A model generated the notes under the pieces. It had not been told where the DNA came from and made no database searches. It saw only the letters and a list, made by a program, of their open reading frames with translations. From an uncultured Candidatus Saccharibacteria bacterium (GTDB taxonomy: Bacteria > Patescibacteriota > Minisyncoccia > Phycocordibacterales > DSPV01), in assembly GCA_964617735.1 (NCBI GenBank), contig CAZTXT010000001.1, forward strand, positions 267,589 to 331,588: a DNA stretch of 64,000 bases, read 5' to 3'. The translations under genes and the position numbers were made by a program. Each line of letters starts with the position of its first letter. Positions within the stretch are counted from its first letter, which is position 1. Positions 17,843 to 27,658 of the stretch are shown one piece after another.

Positions 17843-17955
17843 ATAGATAGGGGTCGGGAAAGAATGTTCTTTCCCGACGAGGAAGGCAGGAGCGGAGCGA
17901 CGTTGGAAAACCGTGGGTTTCCAAAAATCCTTGCCCCGCAGTCATTGAGATAGAT

Positions 17956-18684
17956 TTGGATTCCGAGGAGCTTATGAATTGGCATTTAAATAAAGACTCA
18001 AAGGTAGATTGCATATGTGTTCGGGGAGTAGCTATTACTCTTTTTCTAATCTGGTGTTTACTCACAGCACATATTTTTTATCTCAGATTAGTCCCACAAG
18101 TGGATGGTGTAACCATAACTAGACAGGACCCACATCGTCTTGTAGCCCAGATGGGACCTTACTCTGTTGAGGTTACTGGAGGAAATATTCAGCCAGATCA
18201 AATCCAAGTGTCTCAACTGAAATCGCAGGTCGATTCTGCTTTGTTGGAGCTTGATAATGCAAACTCTTTTCCTTTTATTGCAAAATGGTTATTGAAGTAC
18301 GATATAGACGTCTTTCTTAGAAGCTCTCAAATCGAAGATTCACAAAAGCAAATCAATTCATATGTTAGTTGTAATGGTGTTTCAGCCACACGCGATATTG
18401 TATTTTCGAGAAAAAGTATTTCTTTAGAAGACTTCCAGTTGGAACTTAAAAATTCTCTTCCCAATATTCTAAATAGTTGTGCCGTAAATGTTCAGAATGT
18501 TGACAATTCTGCATTACCAGAGAAATACGTGGTCGATGAAACATACGGATTCACCGTAAGTCCTGCCTTAAATAATTATTTTATTCTGTTGTTAATTGTT
18601 TTTCTCGGCTCTTCCGCAATTCTTCCTATCTTGAGAGAAAGTATTCGCTTCTTTAAAAGTGGCTTCTATTATTTTAAAGAATAA
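17956..18684 (+). CDS. Hypothetical membrane protein (AT-rich gene)
   Basis: Long ORF with an N-terminal TM (VAITLFLIWCLLTAHIFYL) and a C-terminal TM. Visibly AT-rich relative to its flanks. No recognisable motif. Confidence 0.45.
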   Translation: MDSEELMNWHLNKDSKVDCICVRGVAITLFLIWCLLTAHIFYLRLVPQVDGVTITRQDPHRLVAQMGPYSVEVTGGNIQPDQIQVSQLKSQVDSALLELDNANSFPFIAKWLLKYDIDVFLRSSQIEDSQKQINSYVSCNGVSATRDIVFSRKSISLEDFQLELKNSLPNILNSCAVNVQNVDNSALPEKYVVDETYGFTVSPALNNYFILLLIVFLGSSAILPILRESIRFFKSGFYYFKE

Positions 18685-18815
18685 CTATTCCGAGGAACAT
18701 CGAAATAGTGAACTAAAAAGCGTCACAAAAGCCTTATGGGGCTTGACGGCATAATTTACGAGACCGAGGAGGTCAGCTAGTTTGAGCTGTGCTCGAGTCG
18801 TATTAAAATTATTAC

Positions 18816-19292
18816 ATGCCACACATCCACGAAAATATCGATTTTACGGTGGAAGTCCTTTTGGTATATAAAGACCGAATTCTATTGAGGTTGCACGACA
18901 AATACAATAAGTGGCTCTCTGTCGGTGGCCACGTTGAGCTCAACGAAGATCCTGTCGAGGCGGCAGTTCGGGAGGTGCGGGAGGAGGTGGGTATATCAGA
19001 GATTCAAATTTGGCAAGGCCACATCAAGTATCCTTTACCGGCCTCTGTCGCAAGAGGATACAAGGAGTTAATCCCACCGGTATTTTTGAACAGACACAAT
19101 ATTTCAGATTCGCACGAACATATAACATTCGTGTATTTTGCTTCGTGCGATACGGATAAAGTTGTTGAGCAGGAATCAGAAAAGAGCGGAGGATGGAAGT
19201 GGTGCACTGCCGAAGAACTAGATAACCTCCCAAGTCTCTCAAAACATATGAAGCACTACGCACTCGCGGCTTTGAAAGCACTGAAAAATTAG
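18816..19292 (+). CDS. NUDIX hydrolase
   Basis: Nudix box GGHVELNEDPVEAAVREVREEVGI (G.5E.7REU.EE.GU). Confidence 0.85.
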   Translation: MPHIHENIDFTVEVLLVYKDRILLRLHDKYNKWLSVGGHVELNEDPVEAAVREVREEVGISEIQIWQGHIKYPLPASVARGYKELIPPVFLNRHNISDSHEHITFVYFASCDTDKVVEQESEKSGGWKWCTAEELDNLPSLSKHMKHYALAALKALKN

Positions 19293-19499
19293 AGCGCTCG
19301 AGTCCCGTCGTTTGAAGATGGAGAAATGCGGCTAAACCGTCAAGACTGGCTTGCCCTGTTACGGTTCTAGCTCAAGCCGTCCAGTAAGTGACTTTTTCAC
19401 CATACGCGTTATAGTGAAAAAGATACTCGTTGGATTTTGATTCGAACCCTGAACCTAGGTTTGCTATAATAAAATCCTAATAATCTAATACTTACTACT

Positions 19500-19760
19500 A
19501 TGTACACGCATGATTGGGGTGGAAATTTCGGGATCGGGTTTCCGCTTTGGCTCCCGCCGTTCATCGCTATCGTTGCGCTCTGGAGCATATTTTGGAAAGG
19601 GCTTGCGCTCTGGCATTCGGCCCGGCGCGGCGAGCCGTGGTGGTTCCTCGCGCTCCTCATCGTCAATACTGTCGGTATTCTCGAGATCGTGTATCTCTTC
19701 GCGTTCGCCAAACTCAAATTCGAGGATTTGTTCCGCAAGCACGAGAAGCACACCGGATAG
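19500..19760 (+). CDS. DUF5652-like small membrane protein
   Basis: WGGNFGIGFPLW...WSIFWKGLALWHSARRGEPWWF resembles the conserved two-helix core of DUF5652 proteins, which are common in CPR genomes. This is from memory of the family only. Confidence 0.5.
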   Translation: MYTHDWGGNFGIGFPLWLPPFIAIVALWSIFWKGLALWHSARRGEPWWFLALLIVNTVGILEIVYLFAFAKLKFEDLFRKHEKHTG

Positions 19761-19836
19761 CAGCTGCATAAGCCCCTCGTTTTTGTCACGTTTTCGAGGC
19801 TGGTTCGTAGTAGAAGGGTGAGGCTATAATAGAGAC

Positions 19837-20388
19837 ATGAACGAGCGCGAGCTTATTGAAGACTGCCGGAAAGGCAACAGACAGTCCTTCGGCGCGATCT
19901 ATGATACCTATGTACACGGTATCTATGACTTTATCTATTACAAGACCCACCATAAGCAGACAGCCGAGGATTTGACACAGGAGACCTTCTTCAAGGCGCT
20001 CAAGAATATCCATCAGTTCGATGCGCTGCGGTCATTTAAATCATGGCTGTATAGGATCGCGCAGAACGCGGTGATCGATCACTACCGGAAGGCTTCGCGA
20101 GAGACGCCACTTGACGATGCATGGGATGCTCCGAGCGAAACCGACATGCCGGCCGATTTCGACACGCGGAAGCAGATCGATGAATTGCGCAGGCAGTTGA
20201 GCTTGTTGCCCTCGCTCTCGCGCGACATCATCCTTCTCCGCGTTTGGCAGGATTTGTCGTACAAAGAAATCTCGGAGATCGTCGGGAAAAGCGAAGACAA
20301 CTGCAAAATGATCTATTCCCGCGCTCTGCGCTCCTTGAAAGGGACTATGCCGATCCTCGTGCTGCTTATGCTAGTGCTTAAATCATAA
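19837..20388 (+). CDS. ECF-type RNA polymerase sigma factor
   Basis: Sigma-70 region 2 (YDFIYYKTHHKQTAEDLTQETFFKALKNIHQF...SWLYRIAQNAVIDHYRK) and region 4 (ILLRVWQDLSYKEISEIVGKSEDNCKMIYSRALRSLK). 183 aa. Confidence 0.85.
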   Translation: MNERELIEDCRKGNRQSFGAIYDTYVHGIYDFIYYKTHHKQTAEDLTQETFFKALKNIHQFDALRSFKSWLYRIAQNAVIDHYRKASRETPLDDAWDAPSETDMPADFDTRKQIDELRRQLSLLPSLSRDIILLRVWQDLSYKEISEIVGKSEDNCKMIYSRALRSLKGTMPILVLLMLVLKS

Positions 20389-20392
20389 TGTC

Positions 20393-22003
20393 ATGAAAAA
20401 CGTCGACCAGATCATACAAGAATTGTTCACGCTCGAGCCGAGTCTGCGTAGCCGCGAGCGCGAGCTCCGCACACTCGTCTCCCAACTGCTTTCCTCGAAA
20501 CCGAATACTAAATTCGATGCCACTTTCGCCGCGCGCTTGCGCGCAGAGCTTCTGGGGTCCTCGGTATTGGCTGTGCCAATACGCTCGTCCTGGTTGGGCT
20601 TCCCGCGCCTGCTTGTTGCGGCTGGCTCGCTTGCAGCTATTACGCTCATCATTGTTGCCGCTAATTCTCTTACCCCCGCGCCAAGGCAAGGACTTTCATT
20701 CGAGCAGCAATTCACGGCGACCAAAAACCATGGGTTCGGCTCGCTCTCGGTGAATACTTCGGGAAAAGGGGGAGCGACGGATCAGGTGCAGAGCGTGAGT
20801 TCCGCAAATCCGAGCGTTGATTCAAAATCTAGCGCTCCTGCTTCCACACTTGCCGCTCCGAGCCGTATGGCAGTGTCGGTTGAAGGAGGAGCCGGGTACG
20901 GTGGGGCTTCAGGTGCAACGATAGTGCCCACACCAGCGATTTATCCGGGTTTTGCTGACCAACTTATCTATGTATACAAAGGTACAGCCTTTACTATTCC
21001 GAAAGAGGGAGTGGTGTATAAGCGCGTGAAGGGAGAGGATGCTCGCGATGAGTTCATCACAGAGCTCAAGGCATTCAACCTCGGGCTTATCGACCTTCTC
21101 TCGTTCGACAACCTTAAGCTCTTGAATTTCGAGGTGGCAGAAAATAAGACCAGTGGCTACCAGATCGACGTCAATACGGTCGAGGGATCTGTTTCGATCA
21201 ATCCGGACTACCAAGAGTGGCCCGCGATGAAAGGGGAGGTACCGGTGGGCGCGCGTGCTACGCTCTCGGAAAAGGAAATTATCGCGATCGCCGAGCAATT
21301 CATACAGGATCATGGCATCAATCGCTCGATCTACGGCGATCCTATCGTCCAGAAGATGCCCGATTACCGCATGATGGGCACTCGCGAAGTGCTTCCGCCG
21401 CAAGCTTCAGAAGGTTTTTCTCCTGCAGGCTCGCCCCAAGATTTAGCCACGCCTTCCTCCGACAGTAAAATGATGCCGATCTATATGCCGGAGGTCGTTA
21501 CCGTAACCTTCCCGCTTATCATCAAGGGACTGCCCGTATATGAATCAGGAGGATACCCCTACGGCCTGCAGGTCTCTGTCTCGGTGCGCGAGCGCAGAGT
21601 GTACTCGGTAAACAACCTCACGTCCCAGCATTACGACGCTTCATCCTATCCCCTTATTTCCGATCCGCAGAAAGTTCTCTCGTACCTTACGAGTGGCGGC
21701 ATATACGGCTCTTCTTACTACCCCGAGGGCATGCAGGTCAGAAAGATATACCTGGAGGCAGGCACCCCATCGAATGTGCTGATGCATTATTATTCGTATG
21801 CCAACGGCGAGAATCAGGAACTGTATGTTCCGGCGCTTCTTTTCCCGATAACCAAGGCGCCAGCCGGGCAAGAATATTATTACCCATCGTCGATACTGAT
21901 CCCGTTGGCCGAGGATCTCTTTAATCAGCCCGAGCCTCGCCCTATGCCGATGATGGAAAAAGGAGTGATACTCCCGTCACAGAGCTCTGGATCGACGATG
22001 TGA
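20393..22003 (+). CDS. Putative anti-sigma factor: single-pass membrane protein with a large extracytoplasmic domain
   Basis: Starts 5 nt after the sigma factor stop. ~70-aa cytoplasmic segment, one TM helix (LLVAAGSLAAITLIIVAA), then a ~440-aa extracytoplasmic domain with no recognisable family motif. Confidence 0.5.
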   Translation: MKNVDQIIQELFTLEPSLRSRERELRTLVSQLLSSKPNTKFDATFAARLRAELLGSSVLAVPIRSSWLGFPRLLVAAGSLAAITLIIVAANSLTPAPRQGLSFEQQFTATKNHGFGSLSVNTSGKGGATDQVQSVSSANPSVDSKSSAPASTLAAPSRMAVSVEGGAGYGGASGATIVPTPAIYPGFADQLIYVYKGTAFTIPKEGVVYKRVKGEDARDEFITELKAFNLGLIDLLSFDNLKLLNFEVAENKTSGYQIDVNTVEGSVSINPDYQEWPAMKGEVPVGARATLSEKEIIAIAEQFIQDHGINRSIYGDPIVQKMPDYRMMGTREVLPPQASEGFSPAGSPQDLATPSSDSKMMPIYMPEVVTVTFPLIIKGLPVYESGGYPYGLQVSVSVRERRVYSVNNLTSQHYDASSYPLISDPQKVLSYLTSGGIYGSSYYPEGMQVRKIYLEAGTPSNVLMHYYSYANGENQELYVPALLFPITKAPAGQEYYYPSSILIPLAEDLFNQPEPRPMPMMEKGVILPSQSSGSTM

Positions 22004-22016
22004 TTGCTAGCTAGCC

Positions 22017-23312
22017 TTAGTAGTTGAACAGCTCGAAATGTATCTGTTTGCGCGCTACTGTAAGGCGCTCTAAGATCGCGATGATGGAGCGGACCATGGG
22101 AGGGGGCCCGCAGACGTAACTGTCGCGTTCGAGGAAATCAGGCACCAGCCGTTGTATTTTTTCTTCGTCGATGTATCCGCGCTCGTATTTGCCCGCGTCT
22201 TTTTCAGAGAGAATGTGATGGATCGGTATGTTAAGCGCTTCGAGTTCAGCTTTGAAGACGATATCTTCCGGAGAACGGTTGCCGAAGAGCAGCACTACGT
22301 CTTTTTTCTGATGCGAGAGCGATTCCGCGAGGGCTCGTAGCGGAGTGATGCCGATGCCGCCGGCGATCAGCAAAAATTTTTCGGTAACGGCTACTTTTTG
22401 CGTGAATTTTCCGAACGGGCCTTCCAAAAGCACCTTGGTGCCTGGCGGTACAGAGCGTACGCGCGCCGTGAAGTCGCCGAGATTTTTCGGTGAGATGCGC
22501 AGGCCTTTTCCGTCGAATGCTTTCGATATCGAGAATGGGTGCGGTTGCCTGAATCCTTTTGTCATAAAAAGAACATGCAGATACTGCCCGGAGTCGAAGG
22601 TGAATCTCTCGAGGTGCCGACCGCCGATGTAGATCGAGCAGACGTTATGTGTTTCCTCGACGACTTTCTCGACAGAGAACCGGTGTCGGTAGAAGAGCAC
22701 GAATGGGTGGATGAATCGATAGGCCACTAGGGCACCGAAAACCGAGAAGTTCAGCGTATACCAGTAATAGTACGCCGCTCCATGGCTGACATCGGCTGTG
22801 TTCACCTGGTGCCAGAAGATCAGTGCGATGGCGCCGTACATCAGGAGGTGACTGACATGCCATGTTTCATATTTCATTCTCGGGCGCGAGAAGGAGAGTG
22901 AAAGCACGACCAGAGTCACTAGCAGTAAAAGGCCCAGAAATGCTTTCAGGACGTCTTGCCAGTCGGTCAAGAACGTCAGAAATTGTGAGATGATCGGAGC
23001 GTTATTCGCGTAGGCGTATCCGATGGTCAGCGAAAGCGGGTGCAGGATGATAAGACTGGCGATATATTTGCCTACCGTTCGATGCAGCCGGTTGAGTTTG
23101 TCGAAGCCGAATTCCTGCTCGATCAGGCGGATGCGACTGATGAGGATGAGCTGCAGTAAAATGGTGAGCTCTGCTAAAAGTCCCCAGAGCCTGCCGAATG
23201 CGATGAGTGTTCCATCGATGCCTCTGATGAGCGCATGCGAGCCTTCCCACCAGAAGGTGATCGTTACCATGATGTTGGCAAGTAAGATGGCGTAGAGCAG
23301 TTTCTTACGCAT
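22017..23312 (-). CDS. Ferric-reductase-domain transmembrane oxidoreductase (NOX/FRE-like, with FAD/NAD(P)-binding domain)
   Basis: Multi-TM N-terminal half with conserved His pairs. FAD-binding motif HPFSIS. NAD-binding GGIGITP. Start set at the internal Met (MRKKLLYAILL) at 23312, which overlaps the upstream stop as ATGCGTAA. The listed ORF start at 23474 would overlap the upstream gene by 170 nt. Confidence 0.7.
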   Translation of the reverse strand: MRKKLLYAILLANIMVTITFWWEGSHALIRGIDGTLIAFGRLWGLLAELTILLQLILISRIRLIEQEFGFDKLNRLHRTVGKYIASLIILHPLSLTIGYAYANNAPIISQFLTFLTDWQDVLKAFLGLLLLVTLVVLSLSFSRPRMKYETWHVSHLLMYGAIALIFWHQVNTADVSHGAAYYYWYTLNFSVFGALVAYRFIHPFVLFYRHRFSVEKVVEETHNVCSIYIGGRHLERFTFDSGQYLHVLFMTKGFRQPHPFSISKAFDGKGLRISPKNLGDFTARVRSVPPGTKVLLEGPFGKFTQKVAVTEKFLLIAGGIGITPLRALAESLSHQKKDVVLLFGNRSPEDIVFKAELEALNIPIHHILSEKDAGKYERGYIDEEKIQRLVPDFLERDSYVCGPPPMVRSIIAILERLTVARKQIHFELFNY

Positions 23313-23835
23313 GACGTTGGCTCTCGGCATCGAGCTGGTAGAGCGGTTGCACAAAAAATAAAAACACGTTTGCGAAGGAAAACACGATCGCAAGGCTCCA
23401 GAGCGACGCGTATTGATAGCCTGCCATGATACCGCAGAGCGTAAGCGCTCCCGCGAGGGCCCCTGACAGGTCAACGAGGATCTTTCGTTTGATGAGTTTC
23501 GGGTGGCTAGTCTCGTAGAGGAGAAACGAGTACTTTACGCACGCGACAATAAAGAGCAGCAGGAACGCGAAAGCGAAACCCTTCGGACTCCCGAATTCCC
23601 ATGCGGTGAGAAGATAGATGAAAAAAAGCCCGGCGTCGCAGGTTTTCTGTATGGACGATGGTGGCGTTATCGCCGAAAAGATACGCACCGAGAAGAAGGT
23701 ATTCACGAGGAGTACTGCATATACGATGAGCATCGGCAGGCTCTGTCCTAGATCAGTGATCCGTATGAGGGCGAAGAGCGCTCCGGCGATCAGGAATATA
23801 ATGCTGACGGATGAAGCTTTAGTTTGTGGCCGCAT
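23305..23835 (-). CDS. Hypothetical polytopic membrane protein
   Basis: 176 aa with 5-6 hydrophobic helices. Tightly packed between the GT2 gene and the NOX-like gene. Confidence 0.5.
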   Translation of the reverse strand: MRPQTKASSVSIIFLIAGALFALIRITDLGQSLPMLIVYAVLLVNTFFSVRIFSAITPPSSIQKTCDAGLFFIYLLTAWEFGSPKGFAFAFLLLFIVACVKYSFLLYETSHPKLIKRKILVDLSGALAGALTLCGIMAGYQYASLWSLAIVFSFANVFLFFVQPLYQLDAESQRHA

Positions 23836-23839
23836 GGTT

Positions 23840-24574
23840 TTATTGTCTGATATCCGAAGAGGCCTTCGTGAGTGTTCGGTGGAAGAGTGCTTGAGAGATG
23901 AAGTTGAGCGCGTAGACTATGTTGGTTTTGAACATTCCTTCCGCCGAGAAGCGCCGAAGTGATGAGTATACGAAGAAATCCATACGAAAGATGACTTTTC
24001 CGAACTGGTGCAATCGCCGAGCAGTATCGGTGTCGTCCCCATAGAAGCGGATGTTTTTATTGAATCCACCCATTGCAAGAAGGGCAGAGCGGCGCGCGAC
24101 GAAATTTCCCCCGAGCACTGCATATCCGGTCATACGGTAGGCGAGCGGAGCGGTGAGCCACCAGAGCGCGCCGAGGAGAAATCTCTGGAAAGGTTTCCCA
24201 TCATAGTAGCGATACGGGCCGCTTAAAGATACTACGTCGGGGCGTTTCGTAAACATATGCTCGACCATCGGTACCCAGCCTTCGGTTAAATGGGTATCAG
24301 CGTCGAGGAACGCGACCAACTCTCCTGACGAATGTTCCAACCCCAATTGCCGCGCGGCATTGGGTCCAAGCTTTTCTCCCGTTACGACTTTTACGCCGGG
24401 ATATTTGAGTGCGATCTCGCCCGTTCGGTCGGTACTCCCGCTGTCGGAGACGATGATCTCGGAAAATCGCCCGCGAGAATGCCGCAGAGCCTGCTCAAGG
24501 CATGCCCCGATGCTCGCCGCTTCATTGTACGCAGGTATGATGAGGCTAATGCTTGGTTTTTCATTCATAGCCAT
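23840..24574 (-). CDS. Family 2 glycosyltransferase (polyprenyl-phosphate sugar transferase-like, DPM1/GtrB size class)
   Basis: SLIIPAYNEA...VSDSGSTDRT...FLDADT (GT2 DxD-type signature). 244 aa. Confidence 0.8.
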   Translation of the reverse strand: MAMNEKPSISLIIPAYNEAASIGACLEQALRHSRGRFSEIIVSDSGSTDRTGEIALKYPGVKVVTGEKLGPNAARQLGLEHSSGELVAFLDADTHLTEGWVPMVEHMFTKRPDVVSLSGPYRYYDGKPFQRFLLGALWWLTAPLAYRMTGYAVLGGNFVARRSALLAMGGFNKNIRFYGDDTDTARRLHQFGKVIFRMDFFVYSSLRRFSAEGMFKTNIVYALNFISQALFHRTLTKASSDIRQ

Positions 24575-25300
24575 TTATCGGATCGGTTCCCATTCTTTGC
24601 TTACGGAGCGTTTGAACACCATCATGCTGAACCAATTGGTGAGCCAGAGGGTGAGAAGTTTTGGCCATCCGACCTTATGTATACGCCGGCCAGTCTGATA
24701 CGCGGTCAAACCAAGCTCCATCCGCGTCCCGCCGATCTTTGAAAGGCGGTAGAAGAGCTCATTGTCTTCCGCAGCTGAAAGGTCTTCGCGGTAGCCACGG
24801 AGCTTTTCGAACGCGCTTCGGCGTATCATCTGGAATTCCCCCGGAGATGCGCCAGCGTGGAGGACATTGTTCATGAGCGCGTACGTCCGATTGATGATGA
24901 AGAACAGCACGGTATCTGCCAGAGTCGCGTTTTCTTTGCTGACGGCAAGCGCGACGGTCATTCCGAGGAGATTCTTGTTCGTTTGGAACCGCTCTATGGC
25001 TTTATGGAAAAAGTCATCGGGGTGGGGAATGGTCACATCGGCGTCGAGGAATACAAAGAATTCGCCTGAAGCCGCTTTCGCACCCATGTTCCGAGCTTGC
25101 GCTATGGTTTGGCGTTTAGTGTCGCGATACACGAGCACTTTGTCGGTGTAGCGTCGCGCTATTTCTTGCGTTTTGTCTTTGCTTCCGCCGTCAGAGACGA
25201 TGATCTCGTACACGGTAGACTTAAAGTTATGGACGATCTCGTCTAGCGTTTTCTCAAGCACTGACTCTTCGTTGAGGGTTGGGATGATGATGGATATCAT
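24575..25300 (-). CDS. Family 2 glycosyltransferase (second copy)
   Basis: SIIIPTLNEE...VSDGGSKDKT...FLDADVT. Abuts the downstream GT2 gene with no gap. Confidence 0.8.
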   Translation of the reverse strand: MISIIIPTLNEESVLEKTLDEIVHNFKSTVYEIIVSDGGSKDKTQEIARRYTDKVLVYRDTKRQTIAQARNMGAKAASGEFFVFLDADVTIPHPDDFFHKAIERFQTNKNLLGMTVALAVSKENATLADTVLFFIINRTYALMNNVLHAGASPGEFQMIRRSAFEKLRGYREDLSAAEDNELFYRLSKIGGTRMELGLTAYQTGRRIHKVGWPKLLTLWLTNWFSMMVFKRSVSKEWEPIR

Positions 25301-25935
25301 GATGCGTTTGCGCCCACAAAGCGTCTCCCGAAATATTTTCCTATCCCAAAGATAGCGATAAGTCCGAGTACAAAGAGCGCTACGACGCTCATCTTCCCGA
25401 TGATGCCATTGACCTGCAGGTAGAGCGTTCCGAAGACATAGCCTATGGACATAAGGAATGCAGTCCAGAAGAACTGTCCGACCGCGTTGAGCAGGATGTA
25501 TTGTTTAAAAGGGATCCTTACGAGTCCTGCGGTGAAGAGTGTTACGAGCGCGAATCCGAATCCCATCGTCATCTTGGAGATGATGAGTATTTTTTTTGTA
25601 TGTCGGTGAAAGAAATCCTCGATCATGTTGACCTGATCACGCGAGATGCTGAAATATCTCCCGAACCTATCCACAAATCGGCTTCCCCCATAGTAGCCCA
25701 AGCTATACCAGAACACGTCTCCGATGAGATCTCCGGCCATGAGCGCAAGGTACGGATATAAAAGTGGCAGGACCCCCGCTTTGATTAGCGCGCCGCAGAC
25801 GAGGGCAAGTATCGGACCCTCGATAAAGGAGACTACGACGAGCACCGCGTAGACCCAGAATGTTTGATAGGCGACCAGTTGCTGCACCGTTTCCTGAAGA
25901 CTTTCGGGCCTTAATGCCATAACTAAATCGGCCAT
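25297..25935 (-). CDS. DedA/VTT-family membrane protein
   Basis: VVVSFIEGPILALVCGALIKAG...LIGDVFWYSLGYYGG matches the DedA core. Start set at MADLV (25935), because the listed start at 26070 would run into the upstream gene. Shares an ATGA 4-nt overlap with the GT2 gene. Confidence 0.75.
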   Translation of the reverse strand: MADLVMALRPESLQETVQQLVAYQTFWVYAVLVVVSFIEGPILALVCGALIKAGVLPLLYPYLALMAGDLIGDVFWYSLGYYGGSRFVDRFGRYFSISRDQVNMIEDFFHRHTKKILIISKMTMGFGFALVTLFTAGLVRIPFKQYILLNAVGQFFWTAFLMSIGYVFGTLYLQVNGIIGKMSVVALFVLGLIAIFGIGKYFGRRFVGANAS

Positions 25936-25972
25936 GTGACCAGTATAGCACCTCTCGTGGTAAGTATGAGAG

Positions 25973-26404
25973 CTACCGAATAGGCATCGTGCTGCTCGCC
26001 GGGCGTATCTGCAGCGATTGTGCCGTGATAGAGCCGTCCGAATTCGCGGTTCCGAAGGCCTGCACTTCAAGACCAGTTTTCAAGTCCGATGCGCTACCCG
26101 AGACGCTTTTCATGACCGGAGTACTCGCGGAATAGAAAACAATCTTCGAGCTTCCGTCACGCATAGAGAGCGTGATGCTTTTATCGTCCTTCGAGAGTAT
26201 TTCTCCGGCGGCGAATCCCATGCCTGCGCCTGCCCCGCGTCCGCCAGCGCCTCCTACGCCGGAAAACTGTCCCCCAAACTGCCCAGACCGCGCGCCATTG
26301 CCATTACGCGTTGGCATGCTCGATTTTGCATAGAGCGTGCCGCCATAGAACGAAGCGCCACCGACAACGATGATCGCGATCACGATACCAAGTGTTTTAT
26401 TCAT
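25973..26404 (-). CDS. Small secreted Gly-rich protein, DUF5666-like
   Basis: N-terminal TM/signal, a Gly-rich segment, then [31 protein letters not shown]...[30 protein letters not shown], which fits my recollection of the DUF5666 beta-rich core. Confidence 0.45.
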   Translation of the reverse strand: MNKTLGIVIAIIVVGGASFYGGTLYAKSSMPTRNGNGARSGQFGGQFSGVGGAGGRGAGAGMGFAAGEILSKDDKSITLSMRDGSSKIVFYSASTPVMKSVSGSASDLKTGLEVQAFGTANSDGSITAQSLQIRPASSTMPIR

Positions 26405-26434
26405 GTTTTTTATTACTATTTATAATTAATAATC

Positions 26435-27658
26435 TTATTCATAGCGCAAAGCCTCTATCGGATTTAGTCGTGACGCTCGTCGCGCCGGATAGTAACCGAA
26501 GGCAACGCCGATGAAGGCCGATACTCCGAAGGCAAGCAGTATCGAGAAGGCCGAGACCTTTGTTTCAAGCAATCCAAAATACGTTATTGCCCGCGACACA
26601 CCCCATCCGAGAATGATCCCGATGAGACCGCCGACTAAGGTCAGTACGAGCGCTTCGACGAGGAATTGGGCGTTGATGTCGCGGCGCTTCGCGCCGATCG
26701 CTTTGCGCAAGCCGATCTCTCTGGTGCGCTCGGTTACGGTTGTGAGCATCATATTCATGATGCCGATACCGCCGACGAGCAGGGAAATGCCTGCGACTGC
26801 GGCGAGCAGTATCGTGAATGTTTGGGTGACGCTCGAAGCGGTCGAGATGATGTCGTTTTGATTGAGGATGCTGAAGTCCGCCTGTGTTGGGTCGGTGATA
26901 CGATGCCGTGCAAGCAACAGGTCGGTGATGTCGCTCTGGACTTGGGTCATTGCATCGGCGCTGCTCGCTTCGATGCTTATATTCGTCAGGTATTTCCCAC
27001 CCGAGAGATATCGCTCGGCGCTCCCTAAGGGAACGAAGATCATGTCGTCTTGGTTGAAGAACCCGGTTCCTCCTTTGGCGGCGGTTACGCCGATGATTTT
27101 GAATTCGAGTTTATTGATGCGCAGAGTTTGTCCGACCGCTTCCGCATCTTGGCCAAAGAGGTCATCGCGGGCTGCGGGGCCAATGACCGCGACTTTCGCT
27201 CCGGATGCGGCTTGCGATTCCGAAATGAACGAGCCTTCGTCGACGGTGAGATTATGGACTTGCGTATAGTTTTCCGTCGCACCGACGACCGACGTATTGG
27301 TATTCGTGCCCTTAGCGGTTATCTGGTAGCGGCCGCTTATCTCGGGAGATATCGCTGCGATGGATTGGACTTGCCCCGCAATAGCCGTCGCGTCGTCTTC
27401 AGTGAGCGTTCGCGCCGCTCCGCGCCCCGTGCTTATGCCGAATCCCTGTCCTCGCTGCGCGCCCGGCGTCACTTGGATGAGGTTCGATCCGAGCGACTGG
27501 ATGCGTGCTTGGATCGAACCCTGTGCTCCTTGTCCTATCGCGATCATCGCAATGACGGATGAAATGCCGATGACGATACCCAAGATGGTAAGCCCCGAGC
27601 GAACCTTATTTGCGGAGAGCGCCGCGTAGGTTTCTTCTAATAGATCGCTGCTGTTCAT
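26435..27658 (-). CDS. ABC transporter permease, MacB/FtsX-type
   Basis: N-terminal TM, a large periplasmic domain and three C-terminal TM helices with the FtsX-like layout. 4-nt overlap with the ATPase gene. Confidence 0.85.
   Translation of the reverse strand: MNSSDLLEETYAALSANKVRSGLTILGIVIGISSVIAMIAIGQGAQGSIQARIQSLGSNLIQVTPGAQRGQGFGISTGRGAARTLTEDDATAIAGQVQSIAAISPEISGRYQITAKGTNTNTSVVGATENYTQVHNLTVDEGSFISESQAASGAKVAVIGPAARDDLFGQDAEAVGQTLRINKLEFKIIGVTAAKGGTGFFNQDDMIFVPLGSAERYLSGGKYLTNISIEASSADAMTQVQSDITDLLLARHRITDPTQADFSILNQNDIISTASSVTQTFTILLAAVAGISLLVGGIGIMNMMLTTVTERTREIGLRKAIGAKRRDINAQFLVEALVLTLVGGLIGIILGWGVSRAITYFGLLETKVSAFSILLAFGVSAFIGVAFGYYPARRASRLNPIEALRYE

Noticed and set aside
17775-18065. 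ORF 17775..18065 (-)
   Set aside because: It overlaps tRNA-Gln and the inverted-repeat hairpins, with no coding features.
19380-19470. tRNA-like GGTTCGAATC element on the minus strand after the NUDIX gene
   Set aside because: There is no acceptor stem, no anticodon arm, and the flanks do not form a T-stem. Chance match.
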